Positions 9,019 to 20,322 are shown, counted from the first letter of the whole stretch. The stretch: 60,666 nt of DNA, filler included, from 7 parts of 7 records of this genome joined end to end with filler, not necessarily neighbours in it, one strand, 5' to 3'. Notes: a model not told the origin generated them from the sequence alone. A program made the numbers and translations.

Positions 9019-10686
9019 ATGTCCAGTTTCAAGGAACTGGGGCTGTCGGCTGCCACGCTGACCGCTCTGGAATCCAAAGGGTTCACTAAACCCACCCCCA
9101 TTCAGGCCCTGACCATCCCCATGCTGCTCGACGGCTCTGTGGATATCGTGGGCCAGGCCCAGACCGGAACCGGCAAGACTGCCGCTTTCGGCCTCCCCGT
9201 CATCGAAGCCGCCCAGGAAAAAGTGCGTCACGTCCAGTCACTCATCCTGACCCCCACCCGCGAACTCGCTATTCAGGTGGCCGATGAAATTAATTCACTC
9301 AAAGGTCAAAAACGCATCCGAGTTCTGCCTGTCTATGGTGGACAGGCTATTCACATGCAGCTGAAAGCCTTGAAGCAAGGCGTTGATGTTGTGGTGGGCA
9401 CACCGGGCCGTATCATGGATCATCTTAAACGCCGCACTCTGCACATCGACAATCTCGATTTCTTCATTCTCGATGAAGCAGACGAGATGTGCAACATGGG
9501 CTTTGTGGACGACGTTCGAGAAATTCTCGCTTCCGCCAATGAAGATCGTCGCACCCTGCTCTTTTCGGCAACCATGCCCCGCGAGGTCATGCGTATTGCC
9601 AAGGAATTCATGGGCGATTTTGAAGTCGTCTCAGTGAAACCTGAAAAAAGCGACATTCCGCTCACTCGACAGATTTTCCATGAAATGGCCGACTCTGACC
9701 GCTTTGAAGCCCTGTGCAGGGTCATCGATGCCCAGCCGGATTTCTACGGTCTGGTCTTCACACGCACTCGCGCCGATGCAGATCGAGTAGCCGCCCGACT
9801 GACTCAACGGGGCTACCCTTCCGAACCGATTCACGGAGACCTTTCGCAGGGCCAACGTGAAAAGATTCTGGCAAGCTTCCGCAGAAAAAAGGCAACCATC
9901 CTTGTGGCAACAGATGTCGCGGCACGTGGTATTGACGTGCCTGACCTGACACACGTGGTCAACTTTGCGCTGCCTCAAGACCCTCAGACATACGTGCACC
10001 GCACCGGACGAACAGGTCGTGCAGGGAAACAGGGCGTGGCCATAACTCTGATCGCACCCAATGAATTCCGCCGTCTGATGTTCATTTCCAAAAGCTCAGG
10101 CATTGAGATCAAAAAAGAAAAATTGCCGCGCATCGAAGACGTCATCTATTCCAAGAAAAGCCGCGTGGTTTCCGAGCTGAACGCAATCATGGAAGCTGAA
10201 GGCCATAGCAACTACTTGGACATGGCTCGTGAACTCATGGCTGAAAAAGATGCCGCTGAAGTTGTAGCCGCACTGCTCAAAAACACCTTTGGTGACGAAT
10301 TGATCGCCTCAAGTTATCGCGAAATTGACATTGCAGGCCCCGGTTCAAAATCCCGTGGACAATCAGGACGCGCCGATCTCGTTTGCGCATTGGGTCGCGC
10401 CCACGGCATGGGGCCAAAAGAATTTGTTGAATTCGTTGCCCAGTCCGCTCATATTAAGCCCTGGTCCATTCAGCATGTTCGCGTACAAGGCAACAAAACC
10501 ACATTCACTGTCCCCAATCATGAAGCAGACAAGGTCATGAACAAGGTCAACAGCAGAGATGGCAAACCGCTCATTACACGTGGTGAATTCAAAAAGAAAC
10601 CATCCTACCGCCGTGACTTCCATAAAAAAGGTGGACAACGTCCCGGTAAACGGCCCTACATGAATCGGGGCAGGAAAAAAGACTAA
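9019..10686 (+). CDS. DEAD-box RNA helicase (DeaD/CshA-like)
   Basis: Q motif PTPIQ, AQTGTGKT, PTRELA, LDEADEM, SAT, YVHRTGRTGRAG; DbpA-like C-terminal region and basic tail. Confidence 0.95.
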   Translation: MSSFKELGLSAATLTALESKGFTKPTPIQALTIPMLLDGSVDIVGQAQTGTGKTAAFGLPVIEAAQEKVRHVQSLILTPTRELAIQVADEINSLKGQKRIRVLPVYGGQAIHMQLKALKQGVDVVVGTPGRIMDHLKRRTLHIDNLDFFILDEADEMCNMGFVDDVREILASANEDRRTLLFSATMPREVMRIAKEFMGDFEVVSVKPEKSDIPLTRQIFHEMADSDRFEALCRVIDAQPDFYGLVFTRTRADADRVAARLTQRGYPSEPIHGDLSQGQREKILASFRRKKATILVATDVAARGIDVPDLTHVVNFALPQDPQTYVHRTGRTGRAGKQGVAITLIAPNEFRRLMFISKSSGIEIKKEKLPRIEDVIYSKKSRVVSELNAIMEAEGHSNYLDMARELMAEKDAAEVVAALLKNTFGDELIASSYREIDIAGPGSKSRGQSGRADLVCALGRAHGMGPKEFVEFVAQSAHIKPWSIQHVRVQGNKTTFTVPNHEADKVMNKVNSRDGKPLITRGEFKKKPSYRRDFHKKGGQRPGKRPYMNRGRKKD

Positions 10687-10781
10687 ATAACCTGTCTTCG
10701 GACAGAACTTGCAGCCTTTCCGAGTTCTTTATCATTGCCGACCCTCGTTTGTTTTTGTTAGATAAAACATACGAGGAAGTA

Positions 10782-13733
10782 ATGAAAGAAGATCACGAAA
10801 AGTCAAAAGCGGAGCTAATAGCGGAGCTGAACAAGCTCCGCTCTTCTGTGGTGTCCACAGAGAATAAAAAATATCGCAATATAGTTGAAGGCTTACCCCA
10901 ATTCATTTTCGAACTCGATACCGCAGGGAATCTACGCTACGCCAACGAATATGCCCTCAAAAATTACGGATACTCCCCAAAAGACGTCATAGACGGCCTT
11001 CACTTGACAGACATCATTCACCCGGATTCAGTCAGTCAAGCCAACAATAGCGTCACTTCTATCCTCAAAGGTAAAATCATTCAGGGCAAAGAATACATTG
11101 CTCTCCGTAAAGACAAATCAACCTTTCCCATCAAGGTCTATTCCCAGCGAATAGTCGAAGACAACCGCACGACAGGCATACGCGGCATTATCGTCGACGT
11201 CTCCGACATGAAACACGTTGAAAAAGCTCTCATCAAAAGCGAGGCTTACTACCGTACGCTGTTCGAAAATACGGGTACGGCCATGACCATAATCGACTCC
11301 ACTAGCGTCATCCGCAGTTGTAACTCTCAATATGAGAGACTTTCCGGCTACTCAGCCCAAGAGATTGAGGGGAAAATGCGTTGGTCGGATTTTGTCCCCC
11401 CGGAAGAGTTGGAGCGAATGAAAGCCTACCATGCTTCCCGAACGCTCGAAGCTCATTCAGCTCCCGATAACTATGAATTCATTTTCCTTGCCCGCAACGG
11501 AGTTCGAAAACAGGTTCATGTATTTGTAGGCGTTATTACGGATACAGATGATCGAGTCTGCTCTCTCATTGATGTCACGGAAAGAAAAGAAGCTCTGCAC
11601 GCCCTGCGCAAAAGCGAAGAGCGATACGAACTCATGACTTGGGGGGCAAACGACGGCCTTTGGGACTGGGATTTAAAAAACAATACCGTATACTATTCTC
11701 CACGATACAAAGAAATTCTCGGATTTTCCGATGAAGAATTCCCCAACCAGATCAGTTCATGGGAAAACGCAGTCCATCCCAATGATGCGAAACGGTGCAT
11801 AGCCGCCAACATGGAATGCGTCGACGGCAAAATTGATCAATTTCAAGTAGAATTTCGCATGTTCCACAAGGATGGCTCAATCCGTTGGATACTCGGTCGA
11901 GGCGGCAGCACCAAAGATAAAAACGGCACAGTGTATCGTCTCTCTGGCACACACACCGACATCACCAAACGCAAACAGGCTGAACACGCCCTACGCGACA
12001 GTGAAGAGCGCTACAGAACCATTTTCGAAAATGCGACAGACGGCATCTATCAATGCACCCTTGAAGGGCAATTCCTCACTGTCAACACAGCTATGGCACG
12101 TTATATGGGATACGACAGTCCTGCAGAAATGATCAATACCATCAACGATATCCGTCAACAAATGTGGGTCAACCCGCAGGATCGACAGATATTTCTGCAA
12201 GAACTCGCTAAAAATGGCACACTGCAAAACTACGAGCAGCACATCAAACGCAAAGACGGATCCAGAATATGGATCTCGGAAAACGCCCGTGCGATTTATA
12301 ACGATAATGGAGATATCGAATATTACGAAGGATTCCTTCAAGACATCACCACACGTCGATTCAATGAAAGCACGACAAAAGCTCTCTATGCCATTTCCTC
12401 AGCCATCACTATCACTCGTGACCTTTCCGAACTTTACAGTGCCATTCATGCCATTATTGCTGATGTTATTCATGCCCGAAACTTCTTCATCGCACAGGTC
12501 GACGAAATAGCCGACACGATGCGATTCGTTTATTTCCGCGATGAAAAAGATGATTACATAGACATCAGTGGAATCAGTGATCCAGAGAAAAACAGTTTGT
12601 CTATCAATGTATACAGAACAGGCTCCCCATTCCGTTTTTCTTCAAATCGTCCAGAAGATATTGCCATGACTCAAAAAATTGGCATCATCGGCACTCCTCC
12701 CGCAGCATGGCTCGGCATCCCGCTACGGCTGAAGGGCAAAGTAATGGGTGTCATGGTCGTACAAGATTATTCCAACCCTCTGCAATACTCGGAAACAGAC
12801 GTCACTTTCATGATAGCCGTTTCAGAACAGGTAGCCATGGCCATTGAACGCAAGGCCAACGAAGAGACCTTAACCCGCCTCAACGAAGAACTGGAATCCA
12901 AAGTCGACCAACGAACAGCTGAACTCAAAACTCAGACGGCTGAGCTTGAAAATGCCAACAAACGACTTCGCAAGTTGGATGAAATCAAATCAGCACTTGT
13001 TTCTTCGATCTCCCATGAACTTCGCACTCCCCTGACATCCATTCGTGGATTTGCCAAACTGTGCGCCCGCGATTTCACGCGGTACTTCCACCCACTGACA
13101 GAGAACAAACAACTTCAAGGGAAAGGCGAACGTATCCGGGATAATTTAGGAATTATCGACACAGAAGGCGAACGGCTGACTCGTCTTATCAACGATTTTC
13201 TGGATATTAATCGCATTGAATCCGGTAAAGCAGCGTGGCATGATTCCTTCCTCAATCCTTGCGATGTCATCACCAACGCAACCTCTGCGGCATCTGGTAG
13301 CTTTGCCGCCAAATCCGGAGTTGAGCTCAAAACAGATTTACCACAGGCCTCGCGCCTCATTCACGCCGACCCTGACAAAATGCAACAGGTGCTTATCAAC
13401 CTGCTAAATAACGCCTATAAATTTACTCTCCATGGAAACGTGACTGTTTCCCTACGAGATAATGGAGAGAGTTTGATTCTGTCTGTCGTTGATACCGGAC
13501 CGGGTATTCCTAAAGAAGAATTGCCCCATTTGTTCGAGAAATTCCATAAATCGCCCTTGGGAGACACCATTAGCATCACGGACAGAGGAACAGGGCTGGG
13601 GCTTGCCATTTGTAAAGAAATCGTGGAGCACTACGGCGGCTCAATCTGGGTGGAATCAACTCTCGGAAAAGGTAGCTCCTTTTCCTTTTCAATTCCACCG
13701 GTTCCCGGAACAGAAACAAAATGCACCACGTAA
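10782..13733 (+). CDS. Cytoplasmic multi-PAS/GAF sensor histidine kinase
   Basis: Four PAS/PAC-like repeats, GAF (WLGIPL), H-box SHELRTPLTSI, N-box NLLNNAYKF, DTGPGI, GTGLGL. Confidence 0.93.
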   Translation: MKEDHEKSKAELIAELNKLRSSVVSTENKKYRNIVEGLPQFIFELDTAGNLRYANEYALKNYGYSPKDVIDGLHLTDIIHPDSVSQANNSVTSILKGKIIQGKEYIALRKDKSTFPIKVYSQRIVEDNRTTGIRGIIVDVSDMKHVEKALIKSEAYYRTLFENTGTAMTIIDSTSVIRSCNSQYERLSGYSAQEIEGKMRWSDFVPPEELERMKAYHASRTLEAHSAPDNYEFIFLARNGVRKQVHVFVGVITDTDDRVCSLIDVTERKEALHALRKSEERYELMTWGANDGLWDWDLKNNTVYYSPRYKEILGFSDEEFPNQISSWENAVHPNDAKRCIAANMECVDGKIDQFQVEFRMFHKDGSIRWILGRGGSTKDKNGTVYRLSGTHTDITKRKQAEHALRDSEERYRTIFENATDGIYQCTLEGQFLTVNTAMARYMGYDSPAEMINTINDIRQQMWVNPQDRQIFLQELAKNGTLQNYEQHIKRKDGSRIWISENARAIYNDNGDIEYYEGFLQDITTRRFNESTTKALYAISSAITITRDLSELYSAIHAIIADVIHARNFFIAQVDEIADTMRFVYFRDEKDDYIDISGISDPEKNSLSINVYRTGSPFRFSSNRPEDIAMTQKIGIIGTPPAAWLGIPLRLKGKVMGVMVVQDYSNPLQYSETDVTFMIAVSEQVAMAIERKANEETLTRLNEELESKVDQRTAELKTQTAELENANKRLRKLDEIKSALVSSISHELRTPLTSIRGFAKLCARDFTRYFHPLTENKQLQGKGERIRDNLGIIDTEGERLTRLINDFLDINRIESGKAAWHDSFLNPCDVITNATSAASGSFAAKSGVELKTDLPQASRLIHADPDKMQQVLINLLNNAYKFTLHGNVTVSLRDNGESLILSVVDTGPGIPKEELPHLFEKFHKSPLGDTISITDRGTGLGLAICKEIVEHYGGSIWVESTLGKGSSFSFSIPPVPGTETKCTT

Positions 13734-13886
13734 ACAATCCACTTTCACAGACACGTGCGACGATGTCCTGTCCCAATTGATGATTAAGGAGACTGTCGAG
13801 CACAAACGGCCCGATGCTATTTTTAAAAATCAACTAGCGGATAAAAATCAACATATTCCCCAAGACCAAAGACTTTTGGCAAACAG

Positions 13887-15626
13887 TTAGCAAGAAAGGA
13901 ATGTCGCTTCCAAAGGAAGCCAAACTGTAATCGTCGTCCCACTTCCTGCTGACGAATCCATAGATATCTCACCACCATGAGCTTGTGTGATGAGCTTCGC
14001 ACTGAACGTTCCCAGTCCTGTACCTCCAGGTTTTCCTTCGGTAACATATTTATCAAAAAAGGACGCGCGTATGGATCTGGGGACCACTCCTGCATTGTGA
14101 ATACGAACCATACACCCGCCATCGTTTTGCAAGTCCACGCTGATCGACTCTTTTTCACTGGCTTCAAGAGCATTGCGCACCAAGTTGCTAAAAAGCGAAA
14201 AGACAAGCGGCTGTTCTGCACGAATTAAAAACTTATCGTCATCCCCAATAATAACCCCGTTCATTGTCAATACTATGCTAGCTGGTCGTTCCTGGCTGAC
14301 TTGAACAGATTTCACGATAAGGCCAAGCAATTTGACAAGATCAAATTCCTCGATATGGAATTGATAGGTCCCGGTTTCCAACTTGTATAAATTAATAGAT
14401 TGATTAAGCAGTTCGAGCATAAGACTCCCAGCATCTTCAACCGCTTTAAGAAGCTCAACCTGTCGAGGAGTTATGTTGTCTTCTTTCTGCAGCAAACGCG
14501 GGATACCGATAATACCGGAAAGGGGAGATTTGAGATCATGTCGAATAACCCGTGTCACATTCTCCTTCAACTTATCCAAAGCTTTGCGATTGGAAACATC
14601 CAATCCAACAAGGACAAATCCACTAATCACACCTTCAATATCTCGAAGGACACTGCCGCCCCACTGACACCAGATGGTACTTCCACTGGACACTTTCACT
14701 GCCGTTTCCAATTCAAGTCGTCCGCCGGAAGTCAAAAAGTCATCCATCCGACCAAGTGCAACAGAATCAGCCTCTTCGCCATACCCTAAAAGGACATCCT
14801 GAACCGGCTTTCCAAGAATATCAGCCTCAACACCCCCCAAAGAGCTAAGAACCTGATAGTTCACAAATGTCACCAAACCCAAGTCATCAAGTTGGAGGAC
14901 CATGGATCGAGAGTTTTCCACCAGCCCCTGATACAAGGCTCGACTTTCTCGCAATTCATTTTCCAACCGCTTACGATGTTCTATCTCTCTCACTGAAGCA
15001 CGAACGCCCAAATACAGACCACTTGGAGAATATACAGGCATGCTGTTGTATGCGACCCAATGAACACGTCCGTCCCTTGCAATTATCCGACAATCGAATC
15101 GCATACGATGATGCATCTTTTCAACCGAAGCCATCCGACTCAACACCACCTCTCGGTCATCGGGATGGATCAGCCTTTCAAAGAGCTCGGGATCAAGAAA
15201 AAATTCATCAGGGCCGTACCCAGTAATTCTTTCGCAGGCTGGAGAAACATACTGATACGTATCATTAGGCGCGAGCCAGTACTCCCAATCATGGGTAAAT
15301 TCGGCAACAGTTCTGTACCGTTCCTCGCTTTCCGCCAACCGAGCCGTCCCGTTGCGCATATCACATATCATCGGAGCAACCATGAAAACGCCAAAGAAAA
15401 GAAGAATGGAAACAACAAGCCCGAGGCTTTCGTAGAACAACGAAGGATCAACATCTTTTGAATACATTGCGTACAAAGTATGAACACGACGGAATCCCAT
15501 AGCAAAAATACCCGCAGCCAAAAAAATCCAGGCCCAACTGCGACCAGTATCAATAATGAGGCGCAAAGCCAAAAATCCGGCAGCAAACTGCAAGGCCATC
15601 GACGCGAGTACAATAACGAGGTCCAT
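13887..15626 (-). CDS. Membrane-bound PAS sensor histidine kinase
   Basis: Three N-terminal TM segments, two PAS domains, RHDLKSPL, NLVRNALEA, GTGLG; GGAGGAG RBS before ATG 15626. Confidence 0.9.
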   Translation of the reverse strand: MDLVIVLASMALQFAAGFLALRLIIDTGRSWAWIFLAAGIFAMGFRRVHTLYAMYSKDVDPSLFYESLGLVVSILLFFGVFMVAPMICDMRNGTARLAESEERYRTVAEFTHDWEYWLAPNDTYQYVSPACERITGYGPDEFFLDPELFERLIHPDDREVVLSRMASVEKMHHRMRFDCRIIARDGRVHWVAYNSMPVYSPSGLYLGVRASVREIEHRKRLENELRESRALYQGLVENSRSMVLQLDDLGLVTFVNYQVLSSLGGVEADILGKPVQDVLLGYGEEADSVALGRMDDFLTSGGRLELETAVKVSSGSTIWCQWGGSVLRDIEGVISGFVLVGLDVSNRKALDKLKENVTRVIRHDLKSPLSGIIGIPRLLQKEDNITPRQVELLKAVEDAGSLMLELLNQSINLYKLETGTYQFHIEEFDLVKLLGLIVKSVQVSQERPASIVLTMNGVIIGDDDKFLIRAEQPLVFSLFSNLVRNALEASEKESISVDLQNDGGCMVRIHNAGVVPRSIRASFFDKYVTEGKPGGTGLGTFSAKLITQAHGGEISMDSSAGSGTTITVWLPLEATFLSC

Positions 15627-16172
15627 TCGTCTCCTCCACCATGATTTCGATAAAAAATCGTTGGTCGTCAAAAAGCTACGCCCAAAATCAATCTTCTGTC
15701 ATCAATTATCATTCTTGAAATCAGGTCGAGAAAGAATACACTCTCACTTCTCAAAAATAACTTTTTCTATTCCATAACCAGTAATACCACACATCCAATG
15801 TATAACCCTTCTTTACTCCTCTCGTGATGCATTGTTGTTGACGACTCTGTAGTGATGGCCTATGGATCGAATTCACGCCATGCGAGCTCAGCATAACGCA
15901 TATAGACATCGGTTCAAAACTTTGTATTTAAAGACTATTCTATTAATCTTGTTTCAAAAAGACACTTCATAAATAGTTGGATACTCATGCACTCGATGGA
16001 CCACGATCTTTCTCCCTGACCTTCCATTCTGACGACGCAGACTTAGACGTTTCGATAATGCGACCTCCACTCTGAAGTCGCTCGGTTTAATGCGCCAAAC
16101 AATAAGCGATGGCTTTTGGCCATCGCCCATTCTGCGACACTTTATTCACCACAAAAAAAAGACAGACCTCTC

Positions 16173-17840
16173 ATGAAAAAGAATGTACTTCGACTGACCA
16201 TTGCTTTTGCCGTATATATACTCGGCGTCTTCCTTTTCTCTGGATACGAATACCTTTCCACCAAAAATCAAGTATTACATGCAACAGATGAACAACTCAA
16301 AAATGCCGCACATATCGTTCCCGCAATCATCGGACGGGACTATCATGTCGATCTTTCTGCAAAACAGTCTGACATGCAAACTTACACCGGCATTCTTTCC
16401 AGCTTGAATGACGCCATTAAGAACACAAACATCGTCAACCTATACTCGATGATTAAAATAAACGGCGAAGTCTTTTATACGAGTTGTAATGCTTCTCGCG
16501 ATGACATTGCGGCAAGAGACTACATTAAATTCATGGCTCCTTGTGTTGATGCAAGTTCAACGCTAAAAAATATATTTTCTTCCAACAAGACGATATTTAA
16601 AGATTATGAGAACAGCGATGGAAGCTTTCATTGCATACTGGTTCCTTTCACGGCTTCGGATGGCACCCGGTATGTCACCGAAGCCGACATCAGAATGAAC
16701 GACATCAATGACATGCTCTTTTCGCGAGCTCTCGTATCCATTGGGAAAGGGTTCGCCCTCCTTCTTCTTCTCATTCCCATTCTCTGGGCGTCATGGAAAA
16801 ACACCAAAGAGGAAAAAGCATTTCTCCATGCTGAAATAGACAAAGGTATGCAGGAAATTGGGGAGCTAAACGAAAATCTAGTCAAACAGATCGAAGCAGC
16901 AAAAGAGCATGAGCAGCAAGCCATACGAGCTAAAAAAACAGCCGAAGAAGCACAAACACACGCGGAACAGGCCGGGATTACCGCACGACATGAGGCAGCA
17001 GTGACATTGGAAGATTCATCGCACCACCTTTCCATCGCCAGCGAACAACTTGCCGCTCAAGTTCAACAGGTTGCACAAGGTGCCGAAACCCAAAAACTCA
17101 GAACGCTTGAAACCGCAGCGGCAATGGAAGAAATGAACGCAACGGTATTTGAAGTCGCCTCTAATGCATCCACTGCGGCTGAAAAGACTGACAACGCCAA
17201 AGTTGTGGCAGAATCCGGTCTGACTGTTGTTGAAGAAGTTATCACAGCTATCGGCACCGTATCAGACAGGACTGAAGCCATGCGTGAAAGCCTGCATTCT
17301 CTGGGAGAAAGGGCTCTTGGCATTGGTGAAATAATCAATGTCATCAACGATATTGCAGACCAAACAAATCTACTGGCCCTCAACGCCGCCATTGAGGCAG
17401 CCCGCGCAGGAGAAGCCGGAAGAGGGTTCTCCGTTGTGGCAGATGAAGTAAGAAAACTGGCTGAAAAGACCATGTCCGCGACAAAAGAAGTGGAAAGTAC
17501 CATCGGCTCGATTCAAAAACTTACCGAAAGTAACATCGCCCACATGAATGACACGAACGAAGTTGTGTCACTGACCACTGGACTAGCTGAAAAAGCCGGG
17601 CAGGAATTGCAAGATATTGTGGAACTGGTGAACGACAGTTCGGATCGTGTACGCTCCATCGCAACAGCAAGCGAAGAGCAATCTGCCGCAAGTGAAGAAA
17701 TAAATCGGGCTGCTGATGAAATAAACAGCATTTCCACGGAAACGGCTGAGGGAATGGGACAGGCAACAGAAGCCATCATGGACCTTGCCGCGCAGTCGGT
17801 ACAGCTCAAAGCTTTAATCGCTTCATTGAAAAGCGAATAG
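16173..17840 (+). CDS. Methyl-accepting chemotaxis protein
   Basis: Two TM helices flanking a periplasmic domain; [38 protein letters not shown] signalling tip. Confidence 0.95.
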   Translation: MKKNVLRLTIAFAVYILGVFLFSGYEYLSTKNQVLHATDEQLKNAAHIVPAIIGRDYHVDLSAKQSDMQTYTGILSSLNDAIKNTNIVNLYSMIKINGEVFYTSCNASRDDIAARDYIKFMAPCVDASSTLKNIFSSNKTIFKDYENSDGSFHCILVPFTASDGTRYVTEADIRMNDINDMLFSRALVSIGKGFALLLLLIPILWASWKNTKEEKAFLHAEIDKGMQEIGELNENLVKQIEAAKEHEQQAIRAKKTAEEAQTHAEQAGITARHEAAVTLEDSSHHLSIASEQLAAQVQQVAQGAETQKLRTLETAAAMEEMNATVFEVASNASTAAEKTDNAKVVAESGLTVVEEVITAIGTVSDRTEAMRESLHSLGERALGIGEIINVINDIADQTNLLALNAAIEAARAGEAGRGFSVVADEVRKLAEKTMSATKEVESTIGSIQKLTESNIAHMNDTNEVVSLTTGLAEKAGQELQDIVELVNDSSDRVRSIATASEEQSAASEEINRAADEINSISTETAEGMGQATEAIMDLAAQSVQLKALIASLKSE

Positions 17841-17853
17841 CAAATCTTTAGCC

Positions 17854-17895
17854 GTCTGCTTGCCGTGCCGCCATTTTACGGCACGACAAGCAGGC
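17854..17895. terminator. 17-bp stem-loop between convergent genes
   Basis: GTCTGCTTGCCGTGCCG/CGGCACGACAAGCAGGC with two non-Watson-Crick positions; no clear U-tract. Confidence 0.55.
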
Positions 17896-17899
17896 GTCA

Positions 17900-18502
17900 T
17901 TAATTTCCCTGCCGTGCGTTGTAGACAGTGTTCTGCGAGGCCGCGAATTCACGATAGGCTGCAATGGCTTTATCCCGCAGGACATTATTCGTAAGAGAAA
18001 TCCCGCGTCGATCCAACTCAGCCCGCCAATTTTCACTGACCGGACCTTCGTCGAACCCGGTAATCTCTTCCAACTCCGGCCCGGACCCGGCAATGACCAA
18101 AGAACGTACCCCGGACCATATCACAGCCCCGAAGCACATGGCACATGGCCGCCAATTGACCACCAATTCATGGGCTGGAAGCCCTTCGGCGCCAAGGTCA
18201 TAGGTCCCAAGCATCTTCTGAGCCAAGGATAAGGCCATTATCTCGGCATGCGCTGACGAACAGTTGTACGGCATGACACGGTTCACCCCGATGACGACTA
18301 ACCGTCCTGAGTCACGTTCAAACACTCCTGCAGCAAATGGGCCACCAGTATTTCGCAGAAAATTCTGCCGAGAGAACTCAATAACCGCAGCCATACGCTC
18401 TTCCGGCGTCGGCATATGCGTTGGTAATGATTCAAGGGCTGAAACGGCCCACTGAGGCATATCTAGAGAAAAAGAAAGATCGAAAAAAGAATTCTGTGTC
18501 AT
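17900..18502 (-). CDS. Zn-dependent nucleoside deaminase (CDA/TadA/guanine deaminase superfamily)
   Basis: GGPFAA, HAE and PCAMC motifs, GFDEG. Confidence 0.88.
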   Translation of the reverse strand: MTQNSFFDLSFSLDMPQWAVSALESLPTHMPTPEERMAAVIEFSRQNFLRNTGGPFAAGVFERDSGRLVVIGVNRVMPYNCSSAHAEIMALSLAQKMLGTYDLGAEGLPAHELVVNWRPCAMCFGAVIWSGVRSLVIAGSGPELEEITGFDEGPVSENWRAELDRRGISLTNNVLRDKAIAAYREFAASQNTVYNARQGN

Positions 18503-18634
18503 TATATGGCTCCAATACAAGATAACGTCGTGGCGATGCACTATCGCTCAAGGATCAAGAAATCAAGTAAGGAGTGGAGGCTTGAAATATATCGAGACTG
18601 CAAAAAAAACGTCTCCATCCACAAGAACCACTTT

Positions 18635-19960
18635 TTACTGAGCCTGTAATTTCATTTGCAATTTTTCCAGAAGCCGCTTTTGATAATCCTCTGGGAATTC
18701 CCATATGGGCATATCGACATCCCTGGCCAACCCTCTTTCTTCTGGCGGTAGATCATACATCAAGGTCATCAGTATATCACTACTGACCCACGGGCTATCA
18801 CGAAAATATCCATGCCCATTCCCGGCGTCTGCATCTGCTGCCCCTGTCACATCGATGACTCGAAGCTTGGGATTGGCCTCAAGAAAACTCTTCACCGGTG
18901 CAGACATCTCACGCGAAACCTGCCCAAGTCTTCCCCAATCAAAAAGCCATTCAGCCACAGCCACGGCACTGTCCGAATCTGATACATACACAGAAAGATC
19001 TTCGACGATATCGAGCATACCTTCCCGAATATTCGCCGCAAAAATGGCGCCATCCATATCGCTACCGATAAGCATCACATGACCGAGCTTTAACTCCTTT
19101 AATGCTTCTTTTGGGGCAAGCTTGTTGGCAAGGGTCAACTGAAAAAGGGCCTTGTCCACAACTCGAGTCCCGGCACTGTAGCCAACAATATGAATTCGTT
19201 CAGCGTCCGTATTTTGTGCGAGAAATTTCAGAAAAGCCCGGAACTGATATGATGAAAGTTCCGCGGTCTCAAGATCTGACAAATATGCCAGAGTTCTCGG
19301 CGTGGAAGGCCATGAATAAGCTACGAAAGCACCATCGTATCCCAGAAAATGCCATAATTCAGCTGTAACCAGAATCGGATTATCAAAGTCGACTTTGTAT
19401 CCATGGACATACACAAAGACATCTTTTCGTTTTGATCGACTCAATTTGTCATCAATATGCCGAGCAAACTCCTTACCGGTCGCCTCTACCCCGACCTCAT
19501 TAAAATCCTTTGCAACAAACCTGTTCAGGCTCGATCCAAGTATCCCGTACTCATTAACACTTTGCACCTTGAGAGGATATTTGTCCGTCCGATTTTTGAG
19601 TAAGGAAATACGTTTTGCTTCTTCCCAACTAAACTCCCCCTCTCCCATCTTGATACTGGCGGCACCAAACCGAAGAACGCCTCCTCGAAGCGAACTGTAG
19701 GCAAGCTCTCCTTCGACGGCAGGAGCACGGTTGGTAGCATAATAAATAGTACTGGGTGGACGAATATCTTTTTCAAAAGGATTAACAAACTCGGAATAAA
19801 TGGCAGGAGCAGGCATAAGATTAATGGCTTCACCCTTGATAGAAGAGGAGCAACCAACCATTAAAAAGACAGTAACCATCATACATAAAACTGACGCACT
19901 GTTCTTGTTCAAAATTCTACCCATGTTTCTCATATGAATAACCACTCCGCTCCAATTCAA
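18635..19960 (-). CDS. DUF900-type alpha/beta hydrolase, probable lipoprotein
   Basis: YYATNR, VYVHGY, YSWPS, nucleophile elbow GYSAG, HGYF; lipobox-like MVGC. Exact start uncertain. Confidence 0.85.
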   Translation of the reverse strand: MNWSGVVIHMRNMGRILNKNSASVLCMMVTVFLMVGCSSSIKGEAINLMPAPAIYSEFVNPFEKDIRPPSTIYYATNRAPAVEGELAYSSLRGGVLRFGAASIKMGEGEFSWEEAKRISLLKNRTDKYPLKVQSVNEYGILGSSLNRFVAKDFNEVGVEATGKEFARHIDDKLSRSKRKDVFVYVHGYKVDFDNPILVTAELWHFLGYDGAFVAYSWPSTPRTLAYLSDLETAELSSYQFRAFLKFLAQNTDAERIHIVGYSAGTRVVDKALFQLTLANKLAPKEALKELKLGHVMLIGSDMDGAIFAANIREGMLDIVEDLSVYVSDSDSAVAVAEWLFDWGRLGQVSREMSAPVKSFLEANPKLRVIDVTGAADADAGNGHGYFRDSPWVSSDILMTLMYDLPPEERGLARDVDMPIWEFPEDYQKRLLEKLQMKLQAQ

Positions 19961-20086
19961 CCATCTTGAACAAAAACAATTCCCGTAAACTCCACATTTA
20001 TCATCTATTTACTATTCATAATAAAATAACAGGATTAAACAGATAATTGCAACAACTGTGGCGCACACCCAACCGTTAAACAGGAA

Positions 20087-20116
20087 AAAGCCCGCTCTCC
20101 AAGGAGAACGGGCTTT
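20087..20116 (-). terminator. Terminator downstream of the tRNA
   Basis: AAAGCCCG..TCTCC-AA-GGAGA..CGGGCTTT hairpin with a T-run on the minus strand. Confidence 0.75.
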
Positions 20117-20125
20117 ATTTCCACA

Positions 20126-20155
20126 TGGTGCCCCCAGCGCGATTCGAACACGCGG
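20126..20155 (-). tRNA. 3' fragment of a tRNA gene (T-arm, acceptor strand, CCA); isotype not visible, possibly Arg
   Basis: Minus strand reads CCGCGTGTTCGAATCGCGCTGGGGGCACCA; truncated by the contig end, so the anticodon is missing. Confidence 0.88.
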
Positions 20156-20255
20156 NNNNNNNNNNNNNNNNNNNNNNNNNNNNNNNNNNNNNNNNNNNNT
20201 TAATTAATTAANNNNNNNNNNNNNNNNNNNNNNNNNNNNNNNNNNNNNNNNNNNN
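20156..20255. other. Artificial contig spacer
   Basis: N-run with central TTAATTAATTAA. Confidence 0.99.
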
Positions 20256-20279
20256 CTCGGCCTTAAGCCGTCGGAGACG

Positions 20280-20309
20280 AAATCATCGAATAATTCCGCC
20301 AAAGGCGGC
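20280..20309. repeat. REP-like repeat copy near contig start
   Basis: Inverted copy of 34-61, 13 nt beyond the smpB stop. Confidence 0.7.
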
Positions 20310-20322
20310 TTCACAATCTTTC

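Noticed and set aside
15672..16172. Riboswitch or sigma-28 promoter in the long gap before the MCP
   Set aside because: No c-di-GMP-I signature or TAAA-N15-GCCGATAA found; only one 8-bp hairpin (16106-16126).
18635..20155. Genomic island integrated at the tRNA 3' end
   Set aside because: No integrase and no second copy of the tRNA end in the contig; a terminator follows the CCA directly, as for an ordinary tRNA gene.
20200..20211. Recurring TTAATTAATTAA palindrome (six copies)
   Set aside because: Always centred in N-runs; a synthetic six-frame stop linker.
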